This document shows positions 62,804 through 64,000 of a stretch of 64,000 nucleotides of DNA, one piece after another (position 1 is the stretch's first letter; each line of letters opens with the position of its first letter). The notes beneath the pieces were generated by a model. That model saw only the letters and a program-made list of their open reading frames with translations, was not told where the DNA came from and ran no database searches. The stretch is from Thermodesulfobacteriota bacterium (GTDB taxonomy: Bacteria; Desulfobacterota; Desulfarculia; JACQYL01): NCBI GenBank assembly GCA_963675595.2, contig CAXXLZ010000001.1, forward strand, positions 1,120,001 to 1,184,000. The letters run 5' to 3'. The translations under genes and the position numbers were made by a program.

Positions 62804-62939
62804 GATTAGCGGACTGTTGAAGAACGTGATCCGCGGCGTTGCCTTCATCCCTCGTCGCTGAGACGAACTCTGTGTACGCCTCATTCCCCGGGATTTGGAC
62901 GCCTTGCACGACACCGTTTTTCGCCGGTTTGCAGTAATC
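62804..62939. repeat. MITE/REP-like interspersed element
   Basis: Bounded by GATTA...TAATC with loose subterminal IR; core gcggcgttgccttcatccctcgtcgctg...gtacgcctcattccccgggatt...gccttgc resembles a repeat I recall from deltaproteobacterial genomes. Confidence 0.5.
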
Positions 62940-63049
62940 GGACCTTTTCGGCCGGCTGTTGGGAAGCGGAAACGATCCCTCGGATTCCCGTTGGATGTTG
63001 TGGTATTGCATGCTGTTTGGGATTTCGTTATGTAGGAATAAATACATAA

Positions 63050-63997
<948 letters not shown>

Positions 63998-64000
63998 CCG

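Overview
A GC-rich bacterial chromosome segment. Gene content (fhs, MvhD/Flx-type redox genes, SecF with extra TM helices, sigma28-type promoter) suggests an anaerobic Desulfobacterota/deltaproteobacterium; this is an inference. Most of the window is housekeeping: tolQRAB-pal-cpoB, queA-tgt-yajC-secDF-dprA-topA-trmFO, dtd, tatD, fhs, a heterodimeric ABC exporter, pyrR, mdh, trmB and cobB. Two complete IS elements with target-site duplications are present: IS1380 family at 13197-14863 and IS3/IS407 group at 53278-54575. The best leads are: (1) a two-gene module encoding an NLR-like CHAT protease-STAND NTPase-TPR protein with near-identical 120-bp repeats plus a small EACC1-like hydrophobic partner; (2) a selenocysteine-recoded MvhD/FlxD gene, split in the ORF track, heading an flx-like cluster with no adjacent hdr genes; (3) a pair of low-complexity FlgM-like unknown proteins, one with a perfect sigma28 promoter; (4) unusually elongated Pal and CpoB; (5) a structured secD leader containing an RSPP-motif uORF. 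No rRNA, tRNA or CRISPR array was recognised. All family calls come from motif recognition by eye, not from database searches.
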